In this document: positions 1 through 12,400 of the stretch, in pieces
How the letters are laid out: each line of letters starts with the position of its first letter
How positions within the stretch are numbered: the first letter of the stretch is position 1
DNA from: Magallana gigas
Lineage: Eukaryota
Assembly: GCF_963853765.1 (NCBI RefSeq)
Contig: NC_088854.1
Span: forward strand, 14,632,001 to 14,696,000
Length of the DNA stretch: 64,000 nucleotides
Reading direction: 5' to 3'
Notes under the pieces: model-generated
Seen by the model: the letters and a program-made list of their open reading frames with translations, nothing else
The model's database searches: none
What the model was told of the DNA's origin: nothing
Translations under genes and position numbers: made by a program

Positions 1-959
1 CAAGCTATCAAATCTAAGAAAGCTTTAGGTATAAGATCTTAAGGTCATTAGTTCCAGCAACAAACAACCATCACTTAATTTTTTTAATCCCATCTCGGCT
101 GGGCATGGTAATATGGACATGCTTATTACCGTGGTGTGTGTTTGTTTCATAAGCAACGTATGGCAAATCCTAAGTTTGGAAATATTCCCAGGCTTTGATT
201 TTAGCAAATTAAACCGTGTCAGTGGACAATGTGTCTTGGTTATCCATATAACTAAAAACTTCTCGAACTCTTTGATTTTCTGGTCAGTTAATTCCCCTTT
301 TCATACTTGTTTCTGTTCACTTATAAGTTTATTTTCTCGATATGCTGTAGAAATAAGAAGTTGTGTCACATCATATCAGTGAATGAAATGAACCAAGTGC
401 TATTGCAAAGTTCTACAAAAGGGGAACATTTTCTCTTCAACAACATTGACAGGGATGTTTATCGGCTTTGAAGTTCACTTCAAAACTAAGTTTGCTGATG
501 GATGACATATACTAGAATAGTTCTTCATGTCGTACACTGTTCCTAAGTACCTGATTGTATGTATCTCTGTTTCATATAAGCTTATGGAATCGATGTCTTT
601 AAAGCCTAAAAACACCAGATTTATAGTGCAGAAATATTTCTCCTCTCTCAAACTTTGCTTTGTAAGCATTTGGTGTATTTCACGAACTTGCAGGTCGAAT
701 CGGTACATAAAGTAAAATTTCAAAAAAAACCCATGAAAGGTTTGGGAACAAGACGGATATTGAAAAGCATGAACAGAGAATGTTTAAATAAGGTACCGGT
801 ATACGCCAAATTAAGACAAAACGGAAAAAATTCACAATTTTTTAGTAAAATATAGAATTGTTATTTTTCTTCGTCGAAGTGTTCCAATCTAATTTTTCAT
901 GTGTATATTTGTATAATGTAATACTTACACGTTTCATCCCTGTAAACGGCTTTAAAAGA

Positions 960-1980
960 GAATTATGAATTCTGGCTGTCGGCCATTTTAAAACGCCATT
1001 TTGACCCAAATAACGCAATTTTTGTAGAAGTAAGCATATATCGTCAAACTCAGTATACCCTAATTATTAATCAAAACTTTTTGTCGGACCGGACTTTAAT
1101 TGTTTTAATGCTTTGTTTCTTGTTAAAAACTTAAATAGAAAGTGATGAAATCTGGCGGTAGGCCATTTTAAATCGCCATTTTGACCTATTTTATGAAATT
1201 TCCGTCATAGCTAGCATATTTCCTAAGACTCAGCATGTCTTAGTTATATTGATAAACTTTGCTAGACCAAATTAAACTTGTTGGTCTCATGCTTTTTTCC
1301 GTTTTAAGAAACTTTAAAGAAAAAATTATGAAATCTGACTGTCCGCCATAATAAAACATCGCTTTAGGGGAAACCAGCATGATTCCTCAGGCTTATCACG
1401 TCTTATCTATAATTTGAAAATTTATTTAAAAAATTATAATTGTTTGTTTCTCGCTTTTTCACCATTTAGGAAACTAAAGGGAAAAAATATAAAATCTGGA
1501 TGTCCACCGTTATGAATCGCCATTTTTTTAATAGATAATTTACGACATTTTCTTGAAAATGGCATATTATTCCTGACTATCCCCACCAACATTAAGTTAT
1601 GTTTAAAAACTTAGCTAGACTGGATATTCATTGTCTCACGCTTTATGTCCATTTCAGAAACATAAGACGAAATAACAACATTTTATTATCCGCAATTTTA
1701 AATCGCTATTTTGACCTAATTAACCACATTTGTGGAAAGCCAGCATAATTTTTAAGACTCAGCACATATTGGATATGATAAAATGCTATTTTGGATCAAT
1801 TCATTAGTGTTTGTCATTATTTTTTCCCATTGAAAAGACTTTAAGAGAAAATTTTGAAGATTGGCTGTCCGCCATTTTGAATCGCCATTTTGACCTACTT
1901 AACGCCATTTCATGAAGCCCAGCATATTTTTTCAGACTCAGCATACTTTAATTATGATAAAAAAAAACCATGCTGGACCA
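960..1980. repeat. Degenerate tandem array, about 180-bp period, about 6 copies
   Basis: The motif (t)ctggctgtcngccattttraatcgccattttgacc recurs near 971, 1151, 1333, 1494, 1685 and 1861. Confidence 0.7.
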
Positions 1981-2084
1981 AATAATAATTATTTGCCGTT
2001 AAAACGTATTTTTAGAGCTCTTTTTAGAAATTAGGAATAGACTATAAATAATAATTGAATATGCAATTGTGTCTTAGCTTGGTA

Positions 2085-2720
2085 TGTATTATGTTTAGCT
2101 TGCGCTTATTCTTCTAGCAGAAAGAGTTTCACAGCCCATTTCAAAATATAAGGATGTTTTTGATGCAATAATTGGTAACCCTGTAACAATGCGGGCAGCA
2201 TACAATTGAACTTTTTCTAATTTGTCAATGTCATATTGACTACAGCTATCCCAAACAACTGAGGCATATTCGAGAATTGGCCTTACAAAGGTAATATACA
2301 TTTTGGAAAGGCTGGTTTTTTTTTCAAAGACTAAATTTTGGTTTTTTCAAGAGACCTTATTTTTTTACTAGATGTAAACCTAAGTGTTTGTGTGTTGAGA
2401 TATATTCTAACTTACAATGCTAAAAAAATATTTCGGGTAGTTCATAGAGAGATTTTGTGGTAAAAAAGATAGCCTTAGTTTTGTTTGGATTGAATTTAAG
2501 TAACCATCGACTAGACCACTGTTCCAAAATGTATAAGTCATGATTGATATTGTGTTCAATGCAGGATAAATCATGCGATGCATATTGGATACAACTGTCA
2601 TCTGCGAAAAGTCAACAAAATGATAACATAGTGTGTGAGACTTCATTAACATATATAAAAAAAAACAGGTCATAACACTGAACCTTGCGGTACACCCGAT
2701 TTTATACAAGTATAAGATGA
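2085..2720 (-). mobile_element. Decayed CR1/L2-group LINE reverse transcriptase fragment
   Basis: Minus strand encodes SGVPQGSVL*P, (L)FADDSCI, EQWSSRWLLKFNPNKTK, THKHLG and RPILEYASVVWD across frameshifts and stops. Confidence 0.85.
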
Positions 2721-2865
2721 TAAAACATCTATGTACATTACTTTTTTACTTCTATTACATAAATAACTTGTAAACCATTGTAAAACGTTTCCGGATATTC
2801 CGTAGGATTTTAATTTAAAAAGGAGACCTTTGTGCCATACTCTTGCAAAGCATGTTCATAAATAT

Positions 2866-2925
2866 AGCAAAATTAGATTAAAATACAATCGGGAAAGCAA
2901 AATTAGATTAAAATACAATCGGGAA
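2866..2925. repeat. Perfect 30-bp tandem duplication
   Basis: agcaaaattagattaaaatacaatcgggaa occurs twice head-to-tail. Confidence 0.9.
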
Positions 2926-3950
2926 ATGAAGAAAAAAATAACCTGGTAATCTGCTACAGAGTGGTAAAGTTTAAGATATTTGTAACTTTTACATAATTTT
3001 ACTTGTTATCCAGATTGAATTTTTTCAGATTCAATGTCATGTTTTTAGCGGAATAGTAATTGTTACATTTGTTTGTTACGCTGAAATCCCGTTACGCGAA
3101 CTGTATAGTGTAATATTAGAAGAAAAAAAACTTTCTGCAGTTATCATATTATACCCTTCTATCATAAAACTTACGGACTTAGAATTAATTTAATCTACAT
3201 GTATCATGCATCTTTGATTATGGGTATGTTTCATGTGTTTCCCGATATTTGCATATTTGTAGGTGAAAACAATGATTAAACGCAGTATTATTATTATTGC
3301 TTGGTCGAGCATATTTAACGATAAAATGACATTAGTAATATTAGTTAACAAGTGACCTAAAACCCAGCTCTAAATACTGCGATTCTTTGCACAAGATCTT
3401 TTTAAAAAAATCAATACAATTCATCTATACATAACTTTATTTGTCTTTTATACATATAAATGTCAAACTGTTAATCTAATTTCACATAAAGGCGTCTCGA
3501 AAAGGTGTTAATGAATGGGCTGTCAACACCATCCTAAATTTATTTGTATGTTCGCAAGTGGCAAAACATAAATGTGTTTATGTTCCGTCGCTGTTTGACA
3601 GATTGAAATATCGAACTGGTTCGATTTGAACATATTTTATTGTGTAAATTACACAAAAGGATTGGAAACAAGTTTTTACAACTTACAACTTCCTCTCCTA
3701 ATGATAATATCTACAATATATACAATTGTCAAAGTATATTACATGTTACTTATAGCCATTGACTTTATAATAATTTGATTCATAAACATGCATTTACAAA
3801 GTAAACAACCTAACTGGTTTAAACAGACTAGAACCACAAATTTCTTGTTTTTAACCTTTCAAATTTTAAAATTACTTATCATATTTAAGCAGTACACAAA
3901 ATATTTTCAATATTAAACTAGTTTTGATAGGTTATGATTTTTGTTAAATA

Positions 3951-4101
3951 NNNNNNNNNNNNNNNNNNNNNNNNNNNNNNNNNNNNNNNNNNNNNNNNNN
4001 NNNNNNNNNNNNNNNNNNNNNNNNNNNNNNNNNNNNNNNNNNNNNNNNNNNNNNNNNNNNNNNNNNNNNNNNNNNNNNNNNNNNNNNNNNNNNNNNNNNN
4101 N
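3951..4101. other. Assembly gap
   Basis: Run of N. Confidence 1.
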
Positions 4102-4923
4102 TGTGGAAGAAAGTTAAAAGATTATCATTAATATTTTTTATAATCTAATTTATATAATATTATGCATTATCGAACCATACATTTTTTCCAGGTTTATGTT
4201 AAAAACATACTTATCACAGTTAAGTGATGATATAAAAAAATAATTTTACCTGAGCTGGTAAACAATTCAATATACAGTAAATGTAAACAATTACTCTTTT
4301 TTAATGAACTTTTATGAAATAGCGGGCATCAGTTGCTCCCTTAATTTCATGTAACAAACACAGACAATTCTAATTCAAGAAGGTGTAATCATAAAGAGAG
4401 CTATCCTATTTTTTCATGAAGAGGCTACAAACTGCCAATACCGAACGGCGCATGCGTGCCGTGCTGGAAATCTGTTCATAGGAGATTACAAGGTGGGTAT
4501 GCTATCTGTCAAAGCAAATTGCCAGTTTTAACCATTCGTTGACAGCAGAGTCAGGAACACTGACAACCCTTTTCAACTAGATTAAGTAAGTACGCCAAAT
4601 CTTTTTATGATAACATAATTTTTAGCTGATATCATGTAAAAAAAAAAAAGATTCAACTATATCATATTTACAAAAACTGAACAGTTTTGGAGATACCGCT
4701 GCAATTAGTATAGTTAACTTTTTACTGAACGTTGATATAAAATGAAATGTACAAAGCATAATTCCAAGCAATACAGCTCACTTTTTATGATCTTTTCTTA
4801 TACATAAAAATAAAAATAGGAGGTTTATACTTCAGTTCAAAATTTAAAATGTACAAGTAGGCTACCTACTATGGCCTTTAATTCTTTCATCATCATCTGT
4901 ATGTCATATTCCAGTAGCGGATG

Positions 4924-5445
4924 TGTAGCTCCCGGTCAGAAAAAAATATCGGATGGACGACCTGGGAGCTACAGTTTCGCACGTGTTAAAAAGTTGCAAT
5001 TTACGGCGCACAAAGCATGGGACTGATTAATCTTACTTCCACATAAATTCTGTGGAAAAAAATTAGTACCATTAAATTTGTTCGGCAGTTTATTACTACT
5101 ATCGTCACATTACTTTTCATATACACGCTAACCGACATCGATCAGAAAATGAAGTACATTTATATGTTAACATCACGTGCAGATCGAGAGTCGCCATTTG
5201 TATATGCAAACAAACAGCACCACTTCACACTACAGAACTAGTGATGGTGTTTAAAAAATTATCCGAGGGATGTAAAGTGCCGACATCTGTAGTAAATCTG
5301 AGGATTTTGTTTGGGAAGTACATATTTAGTACAGAATCTGTTTGGATATAAAATCAAGCAGTCCAAAATTAACCTCATTTAACATGTATGGAACTCTAGC
5401 TCCCAGGTCTTCGATCCCATTATTTTTCTCAGCCCGGGAGCTACA
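4924..5445. mobile_element. MITE-like element with about 55-bp terminal inverted repeats, each itself a hairpin
   Basis: 4924-4978 is an imperfect reverse complement of 5391-5445. Each end reads TAGCTCCC...GGGAGCTA. No clear TSD seen. Confidence 0.65.
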
Positions 5446-6144
5446 AACATGTGTATTAACATGCGTATGTATGAAAGATAATCGTATATGTTTCATTTCT
5501 TTAATTGTATAAAAAAGAAAAAGTCTTATCTTAAAAGCTCAAAATTTTATAAAAACAACTATTTTAAGCTCAAAATTGACGAAGCTTTTATTTCATTATT
5601 ATACAAACAATTAGAATGATACGTGTTAAATGGAAGGCAATCCTCTTTTACCATTATGACAAAGACTGACGCGAGGCAAAACACCTGTTGATGTTCAACA
5701 GAAATTATCGCTTCAACACTTCGATAGTTTGACATTTTAAAACCCTATCCAAAACTTGCGACATTTCACAGTTATTTACGATTGGTCTGTGTCTGAAGAA
5801 TCTTGCTATTTTAAAAATTGTTTTCCAATAATGTTTTCACAACAGATGGAACTTTTTTTATTATCTACCTATACCGGCAATTTAAGCTATTAATTTTATT
5901 TTAGAAATTAAAACCCGTTTAAAATACAAGGATTCGGAAAGAGGTTTGATTTAGGAATCCATGTTTCAATTTTGTCTGGGGTTGCTTATTATTTATTTAT
6001 CTATTTACATGTAGTTTATAATTATTTTTTTTATTTATTTACCAGTACTCAAGTTTGACAGCATCACGACTTGAAAAATTAAAAGTATTAAAACAAAATT
6101 ATCAAAACATTTTTCTAGATACTGTAGCCTTTAAAAGAACAGCT

Positions 6145-9100
6145 ATGAACCATAAAAGCGTAATCATACGAGGAACCAATGGTGAATATTTCTTACAATC
6201 TTTAATGCACAATCCAAACGGAAAAGGCTGCATAAGTGTTTCATCTAAGTCCTCGGCATCACTTGGGTCGTCTAATGAATCGTCCTCGGAAATGGAGGCC
6301 CAGTCATCAGACTTAGACTTGTGTCAACCCTACGCCCAGTCGAGCTCTTCTGGGTATTCGGACCAACAGACGTCAACGTCTGATGAAGAGAAATCCGGGA
6401 ACTTAATTCTAGACACTACGGCCGATTGTATTCAACAAATAAATGGCTCCGTCACTTTGTCGCTGATGGAGGCAAAACTATGGTACACATTTCTGGGGCT
6501 AGGAACAGAAATGATTATCAACAAAACCGGAAGGTACTATTTTCACACATGAAATCTAAAAAATATTATCTGTTCAAACGGGAATTATTCCAAGATAATT
6601 TATAGTTTGTAGCTTGATTTTATAACTAGTTGATAATTGCGCGACAATATTTGGAAATCAAATGTGCTAATTCAAGTTCACATTTACAAATATCTGCACT
6701 GTGTTCAATAAACTTATGACATGTCTACTTTTATACTACGTATGCTTTATGATGTAAACCTAAATAGTTTTGATTGCATGAAGCTAACGCGCAATGTGCA
6801 TACTTATCTAGGTCCAGTTATAATTTGGAACGATCAAGCAATTTTTTGACAGAAAAATCCATTTTCCGTTCATTTTCTTTGCAGAGATTCCACATGGCAA
6901 GACTTAGTTATGTTTTCGTAACGATCGAGAAATTATTGATAAGCTTCTTGGACTTTGAAAAATTCCAATTATTTTCAGCTTCCGTTTATTTCTAAAATTT
7001 GCAGGGGTTGCACATAGTGAAATAAATTTGGTATGTAAAATCATAAGAATATCAAGGAAACTACTACTTGTAAAACGTTTAAGATTACACACGTTATGCT
7101 TAATTGATAGATTGGTGCATCTCGGATATTACAGGTAGATTATTGATTTTAAGTTAAAAAGCTCAATTTCATTCCATGTATACTGCCCATAATAAGGCTT
7201 GTGCATTCTATTACATGTATGTACATGTATGTCCAAGGGAGGGGGCATAAGTGATTCAGATACATGTACATCTCTTGTTTCGAAAGAAATGGAGAATGGA
7301 GATGTTCCGACCCCTTAAACCGTGTTTATGATGAATATTTATGGAAGAGAAAAATGATTTGATAACACTTTCATTGAAAAAAAAGAATCCTTCATATAAT
7401 TTTTTATGACACATTAAGTCTTATATTTCTAGGTATTTATTTATCTATTTGTTTGTTTAGGAGAATGTTCCCATATCTAGAATTTTCGCTGCGAGGTGTT
7501 GATCCTGTTGGTTTATATGACGTAATATTTGACATCATACCCGCCAGTAGCAAAAGTTTTAAATTTCTTAACAATAAATGGATTCCAATGGGAAGGAAAG
7601 AAGAAGAATTTAAAAATTATCCATTTAAACATCCAGACTCCCCACGAGTTGGCTCAGATTGGATGACTCGAAAAATTTCATTTGAAAAAATAAAACTTTC
7701 AAATAAACCAGGCACAAAAGCTGGAATAGTAAGTAAAATCTTATTTTAATACCATGTATCATTATGATGACTTTGTATGTATCTGGAAATAACACTTTAT
7801 CATAAAAATATTTGGTTTTGGAATGCTATAATTGTACTCAAAGGAAAACGTTTAAATCTCACTATAATGTTCGTTTAATATACCACTCTTTAATGATCGG
7901 TAATATTGCAATAGGTACGGCGGATAGAAAAATCATATAGCAAAACCATATAATTATAGTTTACCCTGCACACACTGCAAAAATACCTGGTGCGTATCTC
8001 CATCGTTAAACACGAGAGAGACGATGAGCTGTCGGTTGTAGAGTTCCCTATCCGAGCCACCACATTCATCGCGGTGACGGCCTACAACAACAGAGAGGTC
8101 ACCAAACTCAAGATCAACAGCAATCCATACTCAAAGGGCTTCCGTTTCCCTATGAAAAGGTACTGTTTCTAATTTTATGTACTATTATGACTGCGCCCAT
8201 GCGAAAAGGCAGCTTTGCACACTGGGAATTTTACAGAATTGTATATAAAAAACACATCTTAAAGATGGTTTTGTGATCTAACTAAAATTATGGCCGTTCG
8301 CAAATTTTTAGTCTACATTTTCTCCATTACTGACCATTAGTATAGTTAAGCTATTAAGTAGCAACGCAAAATGCTATTGCAACGAGGATATAGTGAGGTC
8401 GTGTTACGTTATTCGTGTTTTCTTCTTACCTATGAATTATAGACCACTATGAATGTATGATTATAGATTAAGTTTTAAGAATAAGTTTTACATGTCATTG
8501 CCTAAACATCCTCCAATAAATAGAATTGTTTAAAATCATAAGATATATTAAACTTCATAAGTCCTTTCATTTGGGTGTGTGAAACATTAGTAGTAGTAGA
8601 AGAAGTAGTCGTAGCAGTACGTGTATTAGCAGTACGTGTAGTAGTAGTACGTGTAGTAGCAGTACGTGTAGTAGCAGTACGTGTAGTAGTAGTACGTGTA
8701 GTAGTAGTACGTGTAGTAGTAGTACGTGTAGTAGCAGTACGTGTAGTAGTAGTACGTGTATTAGTAGTACGTGTATAAGCAGTACGTGTAGTAGTAGTAC
8801 GTGTATTAGTAGTACGTGTAGTAGCAGTACGTGTAGTAGCAGTACGTGTATAAGTAGTACGTGTAGTAGCAGTACGTGTAGTAGCAGTACGTGTAGTAGC
8901 AGTACGTGTATTAGCAGTACGTGTAGTAGTAGTACGTGTGGTAGTAGTACGTGTAGTAGTAGTGTAGTACGTGTAGTAGTAGTACGTGTAGTAGTAGTGT
9001 AGTACGTGTAGTAGTAGTACGTGTAGTAGTAGTGTAGTACGTGTAGTAGTAGTACGTGTAGTAGTAGTGTAGTAAGTGTAGTAGTAGTACGTGTAGTAGT

Positions 9101-10328
9101 AGTGTAGTACGTGTAGTAGTAGTACGTGTAGTAGTAGTGTAGTAAGTGTAGTAGTAGTACGTGTAGTAGTAGTGTAGTACGTGTAGTAGTAGTACGTGTA
9201 GTAGTAGTGTAGTACGTGTAGTAGTAGTACGTGTAGTAGTAGTGTAGTACGTGTAGTAGTAGTACGTGTAGTAGTAGTGTAGTACGTGTAGTAGTAGTAC
9301 GTGTAGTAGTAGTGTAGTACGTGTAGTAGTAGTACGTGTAGTAGTAGTGTAGTAAGTGTAGTAGTTGTACGTGTAGTACGTGAAGTATTAGCAGCCTCTT
9401 AACATTTTTTCATCATTTATTTACATTGCTTTCATATCAAAATCAGAACGAGAAACCAGTCCTTTGATAGACTAGCGACTACAAGTGATGAAGACACGGG
9501 CACAGTCCAGACCCTCAGGAGTCACATAGTCAGTTACCCAAAGACTGAAGACACGGGAACAGTCCAAACCCTCAGGAGTCCCATAGTCAGTTACCCAAAG
9601 ACTGAAGTCACAGCTATTTCTGAGTAGGTTGCGAACTGTACTAACTTAGCTTTACTTGGAATTCATTATCATCTTTAACTTTGTTCTTTCACTGCATAAA
9701 TTTGAATTACATGTATGTTTGTTTAAATCGGTATTTTAAATAGGCAATTTAATCGGTAAAGTTTATTTCTGTAAAATGAAAAAAAACCATGGAAATATTA
9801 CATGATTATATGAAACGTATTTACGTATCTGTTCTGAAATGGATATCTTAATGCATTTATTTTTTTGTTAGAATAAGCACAAAAAACAGAAGTATTCATT
9901 ATTTCTTCTTTCAGAGGGCGAGAGTCTTCGGCAAGTTTATCACGGAGTTGAGATGATACCTCCTTCATGCGTAAAAGTTCTAATGAGTGTTTTTATTTCC
10001 ATTTGACTTCATTTTTAGGTTTCCATTAGATTTATCCATCCAAAAAAGTTGCATATATAGAAGTAAGTCAGGTATACTGTTCATAAATACAAGAAATTTG
10101 AAAATAAGTTTAAAATAAAGAGTTGTTCCTCTTTGCTCTAGCTAATGTATTAACATTTCTGGGTTTTGAGCATATATAATTTTCATGAATTATGTACCCT
10201 TTAGATAAGAGTTCCCCTCAAACAAAGGAAATGGTAGACAAAGCAACACAGACAGATTTAAGGATGATTGAATCCGGATTCTGGAATCAGCCAAGTGCGC
10301 GTAAGAAATCTCTCTCTCGAAGGAAATA

Positions 10329-10382
<54 letters not shown>

Positions 10383-11690
10383 GTAATTTGTTTTATGAAC
10401 AAGAAATTACATTGTTAGGAAGTTTATAAATTTTTTATCAGTTGTAAGTTTTGTAATGATTGAATTTTCAGGTCCTTACGCCAACAGTCTTTCAGAGATG
10501 ACCATGCAGCGTCATACCGCTTATCCCATTATCCACAGAAGTATCAACGAGCAAGGTCAATATAAAATTCAATTCTCTGTGATAGAGTTCTGTGTACATA
10601 CAATGATATACTGCGCTAAACTGTAAAGACGCTTTACTGCATTACAATAGTCATGAATATAATATAATTATTGTATTAATTAAAATAAATACAAAGGTTA
10701 TGGTACGTGTAATATATTGAATATTGTGGAATCTTTTTTAGCCGTGCTCTGCTGAAAGGAGAATCCTGGCTGTATGCAGGCAAATCGCAAATGTTATTAT
10801 AAATAGCACAACTTCAAAAGTAAACAAAAATCCAAACAGCGTCAAAGTAAAAGCTTCCGCTATACTAAATAGTTACACAGAGCTACGTTTTGTCAAAAGT
10901 GTTGGCATTTTGTTTCGTTTTTTTAATTTCGAGAGATTTGTCTATCTTTTTTAGTTTTCTTATCAACTAGACTTTGACCCGTGCGTGCACGGGTTGACAT
11001 TGCATATTTTGTCGGGCATTTACGAAATAGATACATCAAATTTGCACACCATGTTGTCATTCAGAACTCTCGGAATGAGTTAGAGTTATCTCCTGTATTT
11101 TCTTTCATGAAATTTTTAATGAAAATTTACACGTATTTGCATTATCGTTTTTGAGTTTATCCATGCAAATGTGATATTGTGGAAACATAAACTAAAGAGC
11201 CTCCCGTGATTTAGTGTGAATGTAATGAGCATGCGCAAGATTGTAAAATCCGAAAAATTCAGACGATTTCCGGATTTTTTAAAGGAATTTACGTTGATTA
11301 TTAATTAGCGAAGCCTGATTGAGAAAAAATATAAACAAATTGGTAATCACCAAGTACCAATGATGTTAAAAATATATAAAACAAAAAAGGCAGTACACTT
11401 CCGATTTCTCGGTATTAAAGCCCAAAAATTCGAGTCTATTATTTTAATATAGTAGTATAGATAAGGTGTTTTAAAAACAAGACTTTGCATTTTGGACACA
11501 TACAATGCACATGAATTTCCATGAACTACTTTGCTGCGCATTGAAGAAATGGGGATTGAATATTATATAATGCTTGTTGCAAAATTCAAGGCAGCAACTG
11601 TTGAACTTTTTTCTACTAGACGGACATATTTTTGTTTATAGCCGCTTACAAAATTTGGTCGCTCTCAGACGCTTTGCCAACATTAAAAGC

Positions 11691-11732
<42 letters not shown>

Positions 11733-12341
11733 TTTGACTACACAATATGCATAAAGACACACCAAAAGAGCCCGGCTTTCAGTACTTTGATTATTTGGGG
11801 GGGGGGGGGGGGGGGGGGTCAATGTCAATGTTCGTGGGTAGCCAAAATTTTCCTGGTTCATGGTGACATTATTTTGTTGGTCATGAGCAAGTTCGGGATA
11901 GTTTTAATAAACACCTAAGCAAATACTTTATATACGTTCGTGGGTATGTAAATTACTGGGCTAGGGCTGCCTCGAAGATTGATCCCCCACAAACAAATAA
12001 TGATGTTTTCAAAGAAGATATTAGAAGTAACCACTGATCGAAAAAAACTAATAAAAATGTAACAACGCGTACGCATTGTCTTTAACTCACAAATTTACAT
12101 CTTTACATCAAGAAGCCCTTTTTTAAAAATTCCTGAATTGTTTTATCTTTCCATTTCATTTCAGACACATGTGATGTCAAACTTGCGGCAAAAAAATTTC
12201 GAGAAACGACATCGTCAAGTCCACAGGCATCTCTGATACGTATGTTGACTGAAATTGACAATCGTCATAAACATAATTTCATTTTGATTTCCTCGCGATG
12301 CCAATATTTTATGGAACGTCTATTTAGAAGAGATAAATATA

Positions 12342-12400
<59 letters not shown>

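Noticed and set aside
8575-8778. ORF of repeated VRVVV/VRVVA
   Set aside because: It is the translation of an intronic 15-bp satellite, with no start context or splice support.
9915-9970. AG/GT-bounded segment that looks like an extra T-box 1 exon
   Set aside because: It has an in-frame stop in the required phase. The 10019-10062 exon fits the phase and matches the paralogue.
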